Positions 16,812-26,657 are shown, counted from the stretch's first letter. The stretch is DNA of 42,552 bases from Bacteroidota bacterium (GCA_025363505.1 JANYDV010000266.1:1-42552); one strand, 5' to 3'. The notes: generated from the letters alone by a model not told the origin. Program-made: numbers and translations.

Positions 16812-17935
16812 TGACACTTGACCAAGCACGTCGACAGTTTCCGCATACTTGGACGGAGATGATCTATCTCAATCACGCGGCAATTAGCCCGATGAGTTTT
16901 CGTGTGCGCGAAGCAGTAAACAATTTTCTTGAACGGCGTTCGCTCAAAGGCATTGAGAGTTTCCCGTGGGCACCAAAAATGGCTTTCGAAACAAAGAAGT
17001 TGATAGCCGACAGACTCAATACTACAGCCGAGCGAATTGCCTTTACCCTCAATACATCAGAAGGTTTGAATATCCTTGCTGAAGGAGTTCAGTGGCAGGC
17101 TGAAGATAGAATTCTTCTGTATAAATATGAATACCCTACAAATGTCTATCCATTCTTAAATCAAAGTCGCAAGGGGGTTGCGATTGATTTTTTTGACACG
17201 AGTGACGGGAAGATTACTATTGAACAGATTAAAGAACACGTTACTCCGAAAACAAAACTACTCTCACTCAGCTCGGTTCAATTTCTCGATGGTTATCGGT
17301 CTGATCTTGAGAGCATCGGAAATTTTTGTTCAGCAAATAATATTCTTTTTTCGGTTGATGCTATTCAGGGTTTTCCTCATATCCCGATAGATGTCATTCA
17401 ATCAAAGATCGATTTTCTTTCTTGCGGTTCACATAAATGGTTGATGAGTCCCGAGGGGCTGGCATTTATTTATGTAAGCGAAAAGGCGCAGGCGCTTATC
17501 AAACAATCTTCGATGGGTTGGACGAGTGTAAAAAATGCATTCAATCATTTCGATTTTGATGTTTCGAGAATCCGTGATGACGCTTGGCGATATGAAAATG
17601 GAGCTATGCCCTACCATTCGATTGCTGCACTCAAGTCATCGCTTGAATTCTTTGGTGAATTTGGCTATGACCAGATATACAGAAGAACACTCGATCATAC
17701 AGGTCTCTTGATTGATCAGTGTCTTCGCAACGGGGCGGAGGTACATACCTCGCAGACTGAACACGAACGAGCAGGGATTGTAACTCTTACGGTCGATGAC
17801 CCGGAAAAAACATTGAAACGATTGGAAGATCATCATATTATGGCTGCAGTTCGAGCCGGGAAACTTCGGATTTCTCCCTATTTTTATACTACAGAAGAAG
17901 AAGTGAGGAAAACAGTAAATCTTCTGTTTATATAA
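16811..17935 (+). CDS. Class-V PLP-dependent aminotransferase-fold enzyme (cysteine desulfurase/selenocysteine lyase-like)
   Basis: PLP-lysine context SCGSHKWLMSPEGLAF; 374 aa. The start overlaps the kdsB stop (TAATG). Confidence 0.7.
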   Translation: MTLDQARRQFPHTWTEMIYLNHAAISPMSFRVREAVNNFLERRSLKGIESFPWAPKMAFETKKLIADRLNTTAERIAFTLNTSEGLNILAEGVQWQAEDRILLYKYEYPTNVYPFLNQSRKGVAIDFFDTSDGKITIEQIKEHVTPKTKLLSLSSVQFLDGYRSDLESIGNFCSANNILFSVDAIQGFPHIPIDVIQSKIDFLSCGSHKWLMSPEGLAFIYVSEKAQALIKQSSMGWTSVKNAFNHFDFDVSRIRDDAWRYENGAMPYHSIAALKSSLEFFGEFGYDQIYRRTLDHTGLLIDQCLRNGAEVHTSQTEHERAGIVTLTVDDPEKTLKRLEDHHIMAAVRAGKLRISPYFYTTEEEVRKTVNLLFI

Positions 17936-17937
17936 TA

Positions 17938-19176
17938 ATGCTTGAAGGAAAAAAAATAATTTATGGTGTGACAGGCTCAGTAGCGGCTATCAAAGCGCCG
18001 ATCATTGCGCGCGAACTGATGCGAGCAAATGCAATAGTACAATCAGTAATGACGCCTTCCGCCGAACAGTTTACGACGGCATATTCGCTTTCTGTGATAA
18101 CCCAGAACGAAGCAATTACGAATATTTTTTCTTCTTCTGCTTCAACGTGGCATATTCATCTCGGCAGATCGGCAGATGCGATGTTCGTCGCACCATGCTC
18201 GGCTACTACACTTGGCAAACTCCGTTACGGCATCTATGATAATGCTGTGTTGCTGGTAGCATCTTCATTGCCACCTGAAACGCCACTGGTGCTTGCACCG
18301 GCTATGGATGAAGAAATGTGGCTTCAAGCGGCAGTACAAGAAAATGTTGCTTGGCTTCGTGCTCATGGTGTGCATATTATTGATCCTCAAAGTGGTGCAC
18401 TCGCAAGTGGTTTGGTTGGTTTGGGTAGAATGTCTGAGCCTGATGAACTGGTCAGGAAATTTATGGCATTGATCGGCACACAAAAATCAAATCAAACTAT
18501 TGAACATCATACCCATCTCTCATTACAGGATAAACGAATACTCATCACCGGTGGTCCGACATACGAACCGATCGATCCGGTTCGTTTTATCGGCAATCGT
18601 TCGAGCGGCAAAATGGGTGCAGCATTGGCGAACGTCGCCGCAAATGAGTTCGGCGCGAGTGTGACGATCGTGATGGGACCATCAACTTCAGAAACAGTAC
18701 AGTCAGTAAATCGAATAAATGTTGAAACGGCATCGCAAATGCACGGCGCGGTCGAAAGCCTTTCCCCATCGAGTGATATTATTATTATGAGTGCTGCTGT
18801 TAGTGATTACAGTGTGAAATCCTATTCTGAAAAAAAACTTAAAAAACATGGTGCCGCCGACGCTTTTACACTCGAACTTGCACCGACGGTTGATATTTTG
18901 AAAGAAATATCAGCCAATCGCAAGGCAAAACAAATCATCGTTGGGTTTGCGCTTGAATCTCACGCAAATGGTGAAGCATACGCAAAGAAAAAACTTGCCG
19001 AAAAATCTCTGGATATGATCGTGCTCAATTATTTTGATGAAGTGGGTTCCGGATTTTCAGCTGATACGAATGCCGTAACTATATTCACAAAAAACGGCAA
19101 GACAAAAAATATTCCACTGGCGAGCAAAACAATGTGCGCTCGTGAAATACTTATTGCCATCACCGAATTACTCTAA
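17938..19176 (+). CDS. coaBC: Bifunctional phosphopantothenoylcysteine decarboxylase / phosphopantothenate-cysteine ligase
   Basis: N-terminal flavoprotein domain GVTGSVAAIKAP. The C-terminal CoaB domain reads ITGGPTYEPIDPVRFIGNRSSGKMG. Confidence 0.92.
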   Translation: MLEGKKIIYGVTGSVAAIKAPIIARELMRANAIVQSVMTPSAEQFTTAYSLSVITQNEAITNIFSSSASTWHIHLGRSADAMFVAPCSATTLGKLRYGIYDNAVLLVASSLPPETPLVLAPAMDEEMWLQAAVQENVAWLRAHGVHIIDPQSGALASGLVGLGRMSEPDELVRKFMALIGTQKSNQTIEHHTHLSLQDKRILITGGPTYEPIDPVRFIGNRSSGKMGAALANVAANEFGASVTIVMGPSTSETVQSVNRINVETASQMHGAVESLSPSSDIIIMSAAVSDYSVKSYSEKKLKKHGAADAFTLELAPTVDILKEISANRKAKQIIVGFALESHANGEAYAKKKLAEKSLDMIVLNYFDEVGSGFSADTNAVTIFTKNGKTKNIPLASKTMCAREILIAITELL

Positions 19177-19925
19177 TGGCAGAGCGTACTTACGAAGAAA
19201 TATTACAAAATGTTGAGCGATGGGCTTCTCAGGAAGCCAAGCGTTTTGGCAATACAATCGCAATTCTTCCGACTGAAGCATCAACACTACAAACTGAAGA
19301 CGTAATGGCAAAAGCAAAAGCGGTATTATTTCCTATTAATAATAATTGGGAGAAAGCAACCGATCTCGAAACGCTCAAGTCAGAGATCGAAGGCTGCACG
19401 AAATGCGATCTTCATCTGACAAGAACGAAGTTTGTTTTTGGTGTCGGTAATCCAAATGCCAAAGTAATGGTCATTGGCGAAGCGCCGGGCGCTGAAGAAG
19501 ATAAGCGCGGCGAGCCATTTGTAGGTCGGGGTGGGCAATTGTTGGATAAAATGCTCTTGGCGATTAATTTCCCACGTGAAGAGGTTTTTATTGCAAATAT
19601 TTTGAAGTCGCGTCCGCCCGGTAATCGTGATCCATTGGCATCGGAAGTAGATGCTTGCGAACCCTATCTTTGGAAACAGATTGAGATCATCAAACCAAAA
19701 ATGATTTTGTGTATGGGGCGTATATCGGGGTCGAATTTATTGAAGACCGGCAGTGACTCCCTCGCCAGTATGCGTGGGAATGTCTATGATTATCATGGTG
19801 CAAAATTAATGGTGACTTATCACCCTGCGGCATTGCTCCGTAATCCTAATTGGAAAGCCGGAGCGTGGGAAGATCTTCAGAAATTCAGAAAAATTTACGA
19901 TGAAATGACAGCCTCGGATGGTTGA
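19176..19925 (+). CDS. Family-4 uracil-DNA glycosylase (Fe-S type) with a ~70-aa N-terminal extension
   Basis: Motif [27 protein letters not shown], a CTKCDL cysteine pair, and HPAALLRNP near the C-terminus. The start overlaps the coaBC stop (TAATG). Confidence 0.88.
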   Translation: MAERTYEEILQNVERWASQEAKRFGNTIAILPTEASTLQTEDVMAKAKAVLFPINNNWEKATDLETLKSEIEGCTKCDLHLTRTKFVFGVGNPNAKVMVIGEAPGAEEDKRGEPFVGRGGQLLDKMLLAINFPREEVFIANILKSRPPGNRDPLASEVDACEPYLWKQIEIIKPKMILCMGRISGSNLLKTGSDSLASMRGNVYDYHGAKLMVTYHPAALLRNPNWKAGAWEDLQKFRKIYDEMTASDG

Positions 19926-20143
19926 TCAATATTTTGTTTATATGAAAGTGCACCCGATGGACAGTTGTTTACGGTCATTATAATCTCTGCGGTTGTTGCA
20001 TATTCGAGTTGTATCCATGGTCGGATATGATTATTAAATACTGAAGGAAGCCCGCGGACACAGTTGCCGCTATGAATGCATAACTCCGGTTTCCAAAATA
20101 TGGTAATCTCTCCGTTAGAATACGATTTATCGAAATGTGACAT
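19895..20143 (-). CDS. Small 'divergent 4Fe-4S mono-cluster' protein (Fer4_19-like)
   Basis: ITIFWKPELCIHSGNCVRGLPSVF..RPWIQL..VNNCPSGALSY matches the remembered Fer4_19 pattern. It lies 9 nt downstream of the HNH gene, and its 3' end overlaps the convergent UDG gene by 31 nt. Confidence 0.75.
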   Translation of the reverse strand: MSHFDKSYSNGEITIFWKPELCIHSGNCVRGLPSVFNNHIRPWIQLEYATTAEIIMTVNNCPSGALSYKQNIDQPSEAVISS

Positions 20144-20152
20144 TGCAAAAAA

Positions 20153-20728
20153 TTACATAAATAAATACGGCTCCCACGTTTTATCGATAGCACCGACATA
20201 CTGCCGCAAGAATACAACATGGTTCGGACGAACCGGGCGACCGCGGAGTTTCATATTCGTATCCTCGAGGATCATATTCCCTTTTTTGTTATTGCATCGA
20301 ATACATGCCGTGACAAGATTCTCCCAGGTTTCTTCGCCGCCACGTGATTTTGGCATCACATGATCGACCGTGAGTGCTGTTCTTGCTCCGCAGTACTGGC
20401 ATTGATGACCATCGCGACGTAAAATATTTTTACGCGAAAGGATGACTCGTTTGAATGGGATATGAATGTAGGTGGCAAGACGAATGACACTTGGGAAAGG
20501 CATTGAGGCATGAGCTGACCGGACGCGTTTGCCTCCGGCTGTACCGACAACTTCAGCCTTACCCATAAATAGTAAGATGATCGCTTTTTGAACGCTACAA
20601 ATAGTGAGCGGTTCGTAGTTGCCATTGAGGAGCAACACTTTGCCTGAAAGAGACGGGCTGAGATTCCCGTTGAGTTCGGGACTTTCAGAGTTAAGGACTA
20701 TTTCTGCAACATCATCCTCATCGAGCAA
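20153..20728 (-). CDS. HNH endonuclease-family protein
   Basis: HNH core RRDGHQCQYCGARTALTVDHVMPKSRGGEETWENLVTACIRCNNKKG. The start is uncertain: the track uses a TTG at 20728, and there is no upstream ATG. Confidence 0.8.
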   Translation of the reverse strand: MLDEDDVAEIVLNSESPELNGNLSPSLSGKVLLLNGNYEPLTICSVQKAIILLFMGKAEVVGTAGGKRVRSAHASMPFPSVIRLATYIHIPFKRVILSRKNILRRDGHQCQYCGARTALTVDHVMPKSRGGEETWENLVTACIRCNNKKGNMILEDTNMKLRGRPVRPNHVVFLRQYVGAIDKTWEPYLFM

Positions 20729-20754
20729 CCGCTGAAGATGATATGGGTCTGTAG

Positions 20755-20762
20755 CAAACGTA
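20755..20762 (-). promoter_or_regulatory. Candidate '-7' box TACGTTTG for the HNH/Fer4_19 pair
   Basis: Plus strand reads CAAACGTA, 26 nt upstream of the TTG start at 20728. Confidence 0.35.
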
Positions 20763-20882
20763 CTGAAGACGTGGTTCTCCTTTCTAAGAGCACCGGTTTG
20801 CCAAACCGGAGATGATTACTCTTAATGGAATACAAATTCAACGAAATGAATTCCCGAATCACTGTAAAAAAACAATTAAGTC

Positions 20883-22748
20883 TCAGCCACCATAGATTGC
20901 CTTGCGAATAGCCGTTTGTAATGCTGACGGATTTCCTGTTGGTGCAATACTTTTTTTCTCGTTATTATAGTAGAGAGGTTTCGTAAGTACAATATTCGTA
21001 TTGAATCGTTTTTTCTTGCTGCCTATAACTAATTTGACTACTTGGGGTGCATCGTTGTTTCGGGAAAACTGCGCCACAATTTCTCTGTTTGCTGCTCGTT
21101 GGTTGAGCGAAATAATAGTATCACCAATAACGACTCCCGAAGCGGCAAGTTCGGAGTTTGGGAATAAACTATCAACGATAGCATAATCCTTATCAGAAGA
21201 TAAACGGTAATGAAAGTTAACGCCGACCCCTACACGAGCAACAACATCTTTTGCCAGACCCATCTTTGTAAGGTAGGACGAAAGAGGGAGTGTATCATAA
21301 CCGGCGATATAACGTTTATAAAAATCCTGAAGTGATGCGCCGCTCATCTGCTCAAGGTCACTTAGTAATTCTTCGTCAGTAAAATGTTTGTTTGCTTTTG
21401 ATTTGGCATAAAGCGAATGCATCACATCATCGAGTGATTTGTTGTTTCGAGTTTGAGTCCGTATTTCCAGATCGAGCATCAGTGCTACCAACGGTGCTTT
21501 GGTATAGAATGTGAGTGCTTTCTCCATACTAAAATTACTTTCATCTATCGAGAGTTGTTCGAGTGTTTCGCTCGTACTAAATTTTGAATTTTTTGTTGCT
21601 TCAAGCCACTGTGAAATCTTTGTTTCAAAAAATGTTGTCGGCAAAATGCCTGATCTTGTGAGAAGTGTTTGTGCATAATAGTCAGTCACCCCTTCAGAAA
21701 GCCATAATGAAGTTGTCTTTACCGCTTTGGTATAATCAAATGGTCCGAGTTTGTTTGAGTGGATTCGCTTCACATTCCAGAGATGAAAAAATTCGTGCGA
21801 GATAACAGGCAACCCAAATTGCTTAAAACCTTCCCACGGGATATTCAACATTAAGTAAGCACTGGAGTTTGCGTGTTCGAGTGCACCCATTCCTTGTGAA
21901 GGGAGGTGAAGATAGGTGGGAGCATTGATCAAAAAGAAATAGCTTTTGAAAGGGGTGTCTCCAAAAAAATCAGTCTGTGACTTTACGATTGCTTTCGTGG
22001 CATTCGCAAGTGAATCCATCGGGAAAGCTTCGTTAGATGCAAGAGCAATGACGTATTTGGCTCCATCTTGTTGAAATTCACGTACGTTTATTTTAGTACC
22101 AGCCAGTACCGGTGCATCGGCAAGTTCGTCGTAATCTTTCGCAATATAAGACATTAAAGAAATTAATGCAAAAGCATTTGGTTTAACAAACTCAGGTTCG
22201 CGAGTCAGAACATTTAATGGACAAAAAACTTGGTAGCCTTCGCTGATATCGCTGTGGCTAAATTTTTGCTCTATATCTGTAAAGTACACTATTGTATCTT
22301 GTATATCTTTTCTATCATTGACATACCCAAATAATGCTGTGCCATTTGCAAAAAAATAGTTGGTGTCAATATGGCACAATGCGAAGTAGAGACTTGTCGA
22401 ATCAGAGTATGAATTGGTAACTGTATAGGAAAAGAATTTTAACTGTTGCGCATTCTTAACCTCCCATCGGTTTTCGTCAAATCGAGTTGTTGGGAGTTCG
22501 TTCTTCTTTCGGTCAAGTGCTTTGAAATTTTTTAGAAATCTGCCATAGTTCGTAATAGTATAAGCTCCGGGAGCCCACGCAGGCATTTGATAGCTTGCAA
22601 CATCTGCCGGCTCGAAGCCATTGAGCTCGACTATTACCTTTACTTCTTTCGATTCTAATTGATCGAGAAACACTTTATAGGTGACGGTCTGTGCAGAGAC
22701 AGAGATCGAAGCCAGAGCGAGAAAACAAACAATGAGTAATATGCGCAT
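20883..22748 (-). CDS. Secreted M61-family glycyl aminopeptidase with a C-terminal PDZ domain
   Basis: Signal peptide; zinc motif HEFFHLWNVKRI followed by LSEGVTDYY. A PDZ-like segment GVVIGDTIISLNQ lies near the C-terminus. Confidence 0.85.
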   Translation of the reverse strand: MRILLIVCFLALASISVSAQTVTYKVFLDQLESKEVKVIVELNGFEPADVASYQMPAWAPGAYTITNYGRFLKNFKALDRKKNELPTTRFDENRWEVKNAQQLKFFSYTVTNSYSDSTSLYFALCHIDTNYFFANGTALFGYVNDRKDIQDTIVYFTDIEQKFSHSDISEGYQVFCPLNVLTREPEFVKPNAFALISLMSYIAKDYDELADAPVLAGTKINVREFQQDGAKYVIALASNEAFPMDSLANATKAIVKSQTDFFGDTPFKSYFFLINAPTYLHLPSQGMGALEHANSSAYLMLNIPWEGFKQFGLPVISHEFFHLWNVKRIHSNKLGPFDYTKAVKTTSLWLSEGVTDYYAQTLLTRSGILPTTFFETKISQWLEATKNSKFSTSETLEQLSIDESNFSMEKALTFYTKAPLVALMLDLEIRTQTRNNKSLDDVMHSLYAKSKANKHFTDEELLSDLEQMSGASLQDFYKRYIAGYDTLPLSSYLTKMGLAKDVVARVGVGVNFHYRLSSDKDYAIVDSLFPNSELAASGVVIGDTIISLNQRAANREIVAQFSRNNDAPQVVKLVIGSKKKRFNTNIVLTKPLYYNNEKKSIAPTGNPSALQTAIRKAIYGG

Positions 22749-22862
22749 TTAAAATTAGTGCATCAAGGAATATTCGTATGTATGCGAAAATACCAAAAGA
22801 GTGTTTCATTAAATAAAAAAAGGCACTACTGACGTGTGCTTTTGTCAATTCATGAAAACAAT

Positions 22863-23543
22863 TTACGAGAGTTTGGTCGCAATAAGCTGCATAAACTCCT
22901 GACGAGTACGAGGTTCTTTAAATGCTCCGGTCATTGCACTGGCAGTCGTAACAGAATTTTGCTTTTCGACACCGCGCATCATCATACACATATGCTGTGC
23001 CTCGGTCACAACAGCAACACCCAGTGGATTTAGATATTTGGTAATTGTATCGGCAATCTCGCGCGTCATTCGTTCTTGCACTTGCAATCTCCGTGCAAAG
23101 ACATCAACAATACGCGGGATCTTGGAAAGCCCTACGATCTTGCCATTCGGAATATAGGCGATATGAGCCTTGCCAAAAAATGGCAACATATGATGTTCGC
23201 ACATCGAGAAAAAATCGACGTTCTTGACGATGACCATCTCGTCATATTGCTCTTCGAAGACAGCACCGTTAAGTACTTTTTCGATATTCATCTCATAGCC
23301 GCTTGTCAAGTATTCCATTGCCTTGGCAACACGGTGGGGTGTGCGCCGCAATCCCTCACGTTCGGGGTCTTCGCCAATTTCGACCAGAAGCGAGCGCGTG
23401 AGCGCACGAATCATCGGGTTGGATTCAGTACCTTCTTTTGAATATGGTACTTCGTCGGGTCCGTGTTCGATCTGTTTCAATTCTTCGTCGCTCATCAAGT
23501 TCGAACTAGTTAAGCGGTCTGGTAATGTCGTGATGGGTGTCAT
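22863..23543 (-). CDS. folE: GTP cyclohydrolase I
   Basis: Core [49 protein letters not shown]. Confidence 0.93.
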   Translation of the reverse strand: MTPITTLPDRLTSSNLMSDEELKQIEHGPDEVPYSKEGTESNPMIRALTRSLLVEIGEDPEREGLRRTPHRVAKAMEYLTSGYEMNIEKVLNGAVFEEQYDEMVIVKNVDFFSMCEHHMLPFFGKAHIAYIPNGKIVGLSKIPRIVDVFARRLQVQERMTREIADTITKYLNPLGVAVVTEAQHMCMMMRGVEKQNSVTTASAMTGAFKEPRTRQEFMQLIATKLS

Positions 23544-23564
23544 GTGTACCTTTCGTAATCAATA

Positions 23565-24047
23565 TTAAGCAAATTGTGTGTCACGATGTTCAATAATATC
23601 ATCTGTTTTAGAAAGATGATAACGAGTGATTGGCTCAACAGGCTCGCCTTTATATTCTACAAAATTGTTATCGCTTTCAAATACTTTCAACGAGTAGAGC
23701 TTTCCTTCGGTAATAAATGGCTCGAGTATTTGCCAAAACACAACAGCGATATGCTCGGCAGTTGGAATGATACCTCGTAACTCTGCAACATCATAATTGA
23801 GATGTTTATGATCGACTTTGTCAATGATATGTTCATCAATAAGTGCTGAAAGTCTTTTTAGGTCGATCACATACCCTGTTAGCGGGTCGGGGTTGCCCGA
23901 GACTGTTACTTCGAGGGTATAGTTATGCCCATGACCTCTTGGGTTGTTGCACTTGTCAAATATTGCCTCGTTGCGTTCATCGCTGAATGTTGGATTATAA
24001 AGACGATGTGCTGCCGAGAAATGGGCTTTGCGAGTTACATATATCAT
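23565..24047 (-). CDS. 6-pyruvoyl-tetrahydropterin synthase (PTPS/QueD superfamily, animal-type active site)
   Basis: AAHRL..CNNPRGHGHNYTLEV..DHKHLN..VFESDNNFVEYKGE closely parallels the mammalian PTPS string as I recall it (CNNPNGHGHNY .. YETDNNIVVYKGE). It has a ~25-aa C-terminal extension. Confidence 0.8.
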   Translation of the reverse strand: MIYVTRKAHFSAAHRLYNPTFSDERNEAIFDKCNNPRGHGHNYTLEVTVSGNPDPLTGYVIDLKRLSALIDEHIIDKVDHKHLNYDVAELRGIIPTAEHIAVVFWQILEPFITEGKLYSLKVFESDNNFVEYKGEPVEPITRYHLSKTDDIIEHRDTQFA

Positions 24048-24069
24048 TTGTGTCGATAATCAGTTACTA

Positions 24070-24672
24070 CTACGCTAAAACGTCGGCGGTGGATTCACGA
24101 AGATCAGCCAATAGTGCCGAACGTTGTTCTTGGGAAAGTGTATGACTGGCAAGATAGTTCGGATGACGAACCTCGGTCAGAACTTCCACATTCTCACTGG
24201 CAAATGCACTGATTTGAGCATCAGTTAATGCAAATTTAATGTATTGCACCGCACTTACACGATCATCTTCGATTTGCGCTTCATCAAATGTTGCCGCAAT
24301 TTCGTCATTCCCGATTTTCAGATAGATCGAATCCTTATTCAAGCCAATCAACGAATCGAGCATTGGTTTGATCAAGTTCTTTTCGGTGATGTCAATGAGC
24401 AAAGTTGCCGATAGCTCCCCTACTGCCGGGATAAGTTGATTATAGGTATCTATTTCATGCTGCATAGCAGAATCGGTGATGATTTTTTCAGTTCGTATCA
24501 TCTCTTGTATTTGAAACATCACAGAGAGTCGGTTCTCGAATACCATCGTCATACTGTTGCCAATGTGCATACGATGAAGTTTTTTTGAGGCAATAGCTTG
24601 CTCGCGAAATTTGGAGCGAATTTTTTCGTATTCGTAAATATTTTTAACCTCGGAGAATTGGATTGGTCTCAT
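24070..24672 (-). CDS. DUF3501-family protein (function unknown)
   Basis: A 200-aa soluble protein with an N-terminus (IQFSEVKNIYEYEKIRSKFREQAIASKKLHRMHIGNSMTMVFENRLSVMFQIQEMIR) as I remember DUF3501. Its ATG directly abuts the stop of the upstream Fe-S gene (TAAATG). Confidence 0.6.
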   Translation of the reverse strand: MRPIQFSEVKNIYEYEKIRSKFREQAIASKKLHRMHIGNSMTMVFENRLSVMFQIQEMIRTEKIITDSAMQHEIDTYNQLIPAVGELSATLLIDITEKNLIKPMLDSLIGLNKDSIYLKIGNDEIAATFDEAQIEDDRVSAVQYIKFALTDAQISAFASENVEVLTEVRHPNYLASHTLSQEQRSALLADLRESTADVLA

Positions 24673-26001
24673 TTAGTTTGCTTTCAAATGTGTTGTAAAT
24701 CCCATTGCTTGATAGACGATTTCGATTGGGTGTAAGGCAATCTCGCCGGTACCTTCTTCGATATGAAGATGGGCAAGTGAACAATCGCTAGCAACCTGTG
24801 CAGGTTTTTCTTTTTCGATTGCTTTAAATAATTTTTTTCCTGCGTCAAGTGAAATCTGATAATATTCTTGCTTCATCGAAAATGATCCGTCGTGTCCGGA
24901 GCATTGTTGAATAAGCGTTACCGCCGAGCCGGGTATGAGTTTTAGCAAGTCGCGTGTTTGAAAGCCGATATTTTGTACTTTTAAGTGGCAGGGGAGGTGA
25001 TAACTAATTTTCATATCACCGGCTGCGGGAAAATCGGTCTGCAATATGTTCTTGCGATGAAGCTGCATTAAATATTCGCAGGGATCAACGGTTGCTGCGG
25101 CAATTTTCTTCGCTGCTTCTTTGTCTTTTGCGTACTGCTCGTATTCCAAACGAAGCATCATCGAGCAACTGGGGCTCATTGCAATAATCTTATAGCCTGC
25201 TTCGACTAATGGCAGCAGTCGTTTGATGTTCCTATCAACTTTCGGAAAAACCAGATCGAGTTCGCCTGTCCCAAGTTCAGGCATTCCGCAGCATTCTTGC
25301 TCTGGGACAATAATTGAGATATGATGTGCTTCGAGTATTTCGACAAACTGTTCGCCAACCCACGGGCGATTGTTATTCATTAAACAGGTATAAAAAAGAG
25401 CAACTTTATCAACGGGTGTCGTGACAGATTTAGGATGCTCTTTTTCGAAGCGTTTTTCAAAGTCGGGTTTGTAATACTCGGGTATAGTTTTGTCTTTGTG
25501 AATGCCAAGTGTCGTTTGCATCAGCGAACGCACGGCAGCATTTTTATTCGCCCAATTAAATATTGTATTGAATTGCTGTGCAATCTTGCCTGTCTTGTCA
25601 GCATCGCCTAAAAATGAATCGCGAAGTTTATGTTGCAAACTCTTGCCATTTTCTTTTACATCGATTGCTTGTGCACGGAGCAACAAACGCGGGAAATCAA
25701 GCTGATATTCGTGAGGCGGAGTATAAGGACATTTCGGATAGCAGAGTTTGCATTGGTAGCAAGTATCGGTGACGTGTTTGTAGTCTGCAGGTTTTAATTC
25801 GTGCACCGGATTCTCGTTGCCTTGCCCAACTGCTGTGAGCTTGTCATCTTCGGCATCAATACGATCAAACAGATCAACGAACGGTGGGCACAGGTTATCG
25901 CAAAGGCGACAGCCGTTGCAAATATCTACTATGCGTTTGTACTCGCTATCAAGTTCTTGCTTGTCGAAGTATTTCGGGTCATGCGGATCGAATCGCATCA
26001 T
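24673..26001 (-). CDS. Fe-S oxidoreductase with two 4Fe-4S ferredoxin motifs and two CCG domains (HdrD/GlcF/LutA-like)
   Basis: CNGCRLCDNLCP and CYQCKLCYPKCP are both CxxCxxCxxxCP motifs. The C-terminal half has cysteine-rich CCG-type motifs (ECCGMPE, YHLPCHL, QQCSGHDG). Confidence 0.82.
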   Translation of the reverse strand: MMRFDPHDPKYFDKQELDSEYKRIVDICNGCRLCDNLCPPFVDLFDRIDAEDDKLTAVGQGNENPVHELKPADYKHVTDTCYQCKLCYPKCPYTPPHEYQLDFPRLLLRAQAIDVKENGKSLQHKLRDSFLGDADKTGKIAQQFNTIFNWANKNAAVRSLMQTTLGIHKDKTIPEYYKPDFEKRFEKEHPKSVTTPVDKVALFYTCLMNNNRPWVGEQFVEILEAHHISIIVPEQECCGMPELGTGELDLVFPKVDRNIKRLLPLVEAGYKIIAMSPSCSMMLRLEYEQYAKDKEAAKKIAAATVDPCEYLMQLHRKNILQTDFPAAGDMKISYHLPCHLKVQNIGFQTRDLLKLIPGSAVTLIQQCSGHDGSFSMKQEYYQISLDAGKKLFKAIEKEKPAQVASDCSLAHLHIEEGTGEIALHPIEIVYQAMGFTTHLKAN

Positions 26002-26204
26002 AGCGATAGAAGAATGTTAGTGTGTTAGTAAAAAAACACCACCAGGTTCGGTTGCTTTTTTTGCTTGCGCAAAAAAGGCGTTTCACGGCCGAGCTCCTGG
26101 CGGTGCCGTTTATATGTTTATATAATGTGTGAGCTATTCTTGCGAATGCCCACTGCGTGACTTACTTTGGCAAGCCACACACTCGTATGATTTTTGTAAT
26201 GCTG

Positions 26205-26627
26205 TTATGCACCAATTGTATCAAATGCTTTTTGGAAACGACCCGCGTGCGATTTCTCAGCACGGGCAAGTGTCTCGAACCACTCAGCGATTTCATCGAA
26301 TCCTTCTTCGCGCGCAGTTCGAGCGAAGCCCGGGTACATCTCTGAATATTCGTATGTTTCGCCTGCAACGGCTGCCTGAAGATTGAGTTTGCTGTCGCCG
26401 ATCGGTTTTCCGGTTGCCGGGTCGCCGACTTCAGCTAAAAATTCAAGATGTCCGAATGCATGCCCTGTTTCACCTTCGGCTGTGTCGCGGAATACGCCTG
26501 ATACGTCAGGATATCCTTCGATGTCAGCTTGGCGAGCAAAATAAAGGTAACGACGGTTTGCTTGGGATTCACCCGCAAAACCTTCTTTTAAGTTTTCAAA
26601 TGTTTTTGATCCATCAAGAGTTGGCAT
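26205..26627 (-). CDS. Rubrerythrin-family diiron protein without a rubredoxin domain (erythrin/sulerythrin-like)
   Basis: A 140-aa four-helix-bundle pattern with ligand motifs [31 protein letters not shown] and [11 protein letters not shown] (E, ExxH, E, ExxH). Confidence 0.85.
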   Translation of the reverse strand: MPTLDGSKTFENLKEGFAGESQANRRYLYFARQADIEGYPDVSGVFRDTAEGETGHAFGHLEFLAEVGDPATGKPIGDSKLNLQAAVAGETYEYSEMYPGFARTAREEGFDEIAEWFETLARAEKSHAGRFQKAFDTIGA

Positions 26628-26657
26628 AGTTGTAGTTGGTTATTGTTAAAAAAATAT

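Noticed and set aside
20153-20728. The HNH gene, considered as part of a restriction/defence system or a homing endonuclease.
   Set aside because: There is no adjacent methyltransferase, helicase, intein, intron or other defence partner, and no signs of mobility such as repeats or an integrase. It looks like the widespread stand-alone HNH family.
20793-20809. The inverted repeat CCGGTTTG-c-CAAACCGG after the M61 peptidase gene. The imperfect hairpins after folE (about 22814-22843) and after the SDR gene (about 11350-11380) are similar cases.
   Set aside because: They are possible terminators, but the stems are short or bulged and lack a convincing U-tract, so I did not list them as features.
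26057-26076. The hairpin TTTTTTGC-ttgc-GCAAAAAA in the 203-nt gap between the erythrin and the Fe-S gene, considered as a terminator.
   Set aside because: The stem is almost entirely A/U with only two G-C pairs, and there is no separate U-tract. That is too weak to call. Whether the erythrin and the Fe-S/DUF3501 pair are separate transcripts therefore stays open.
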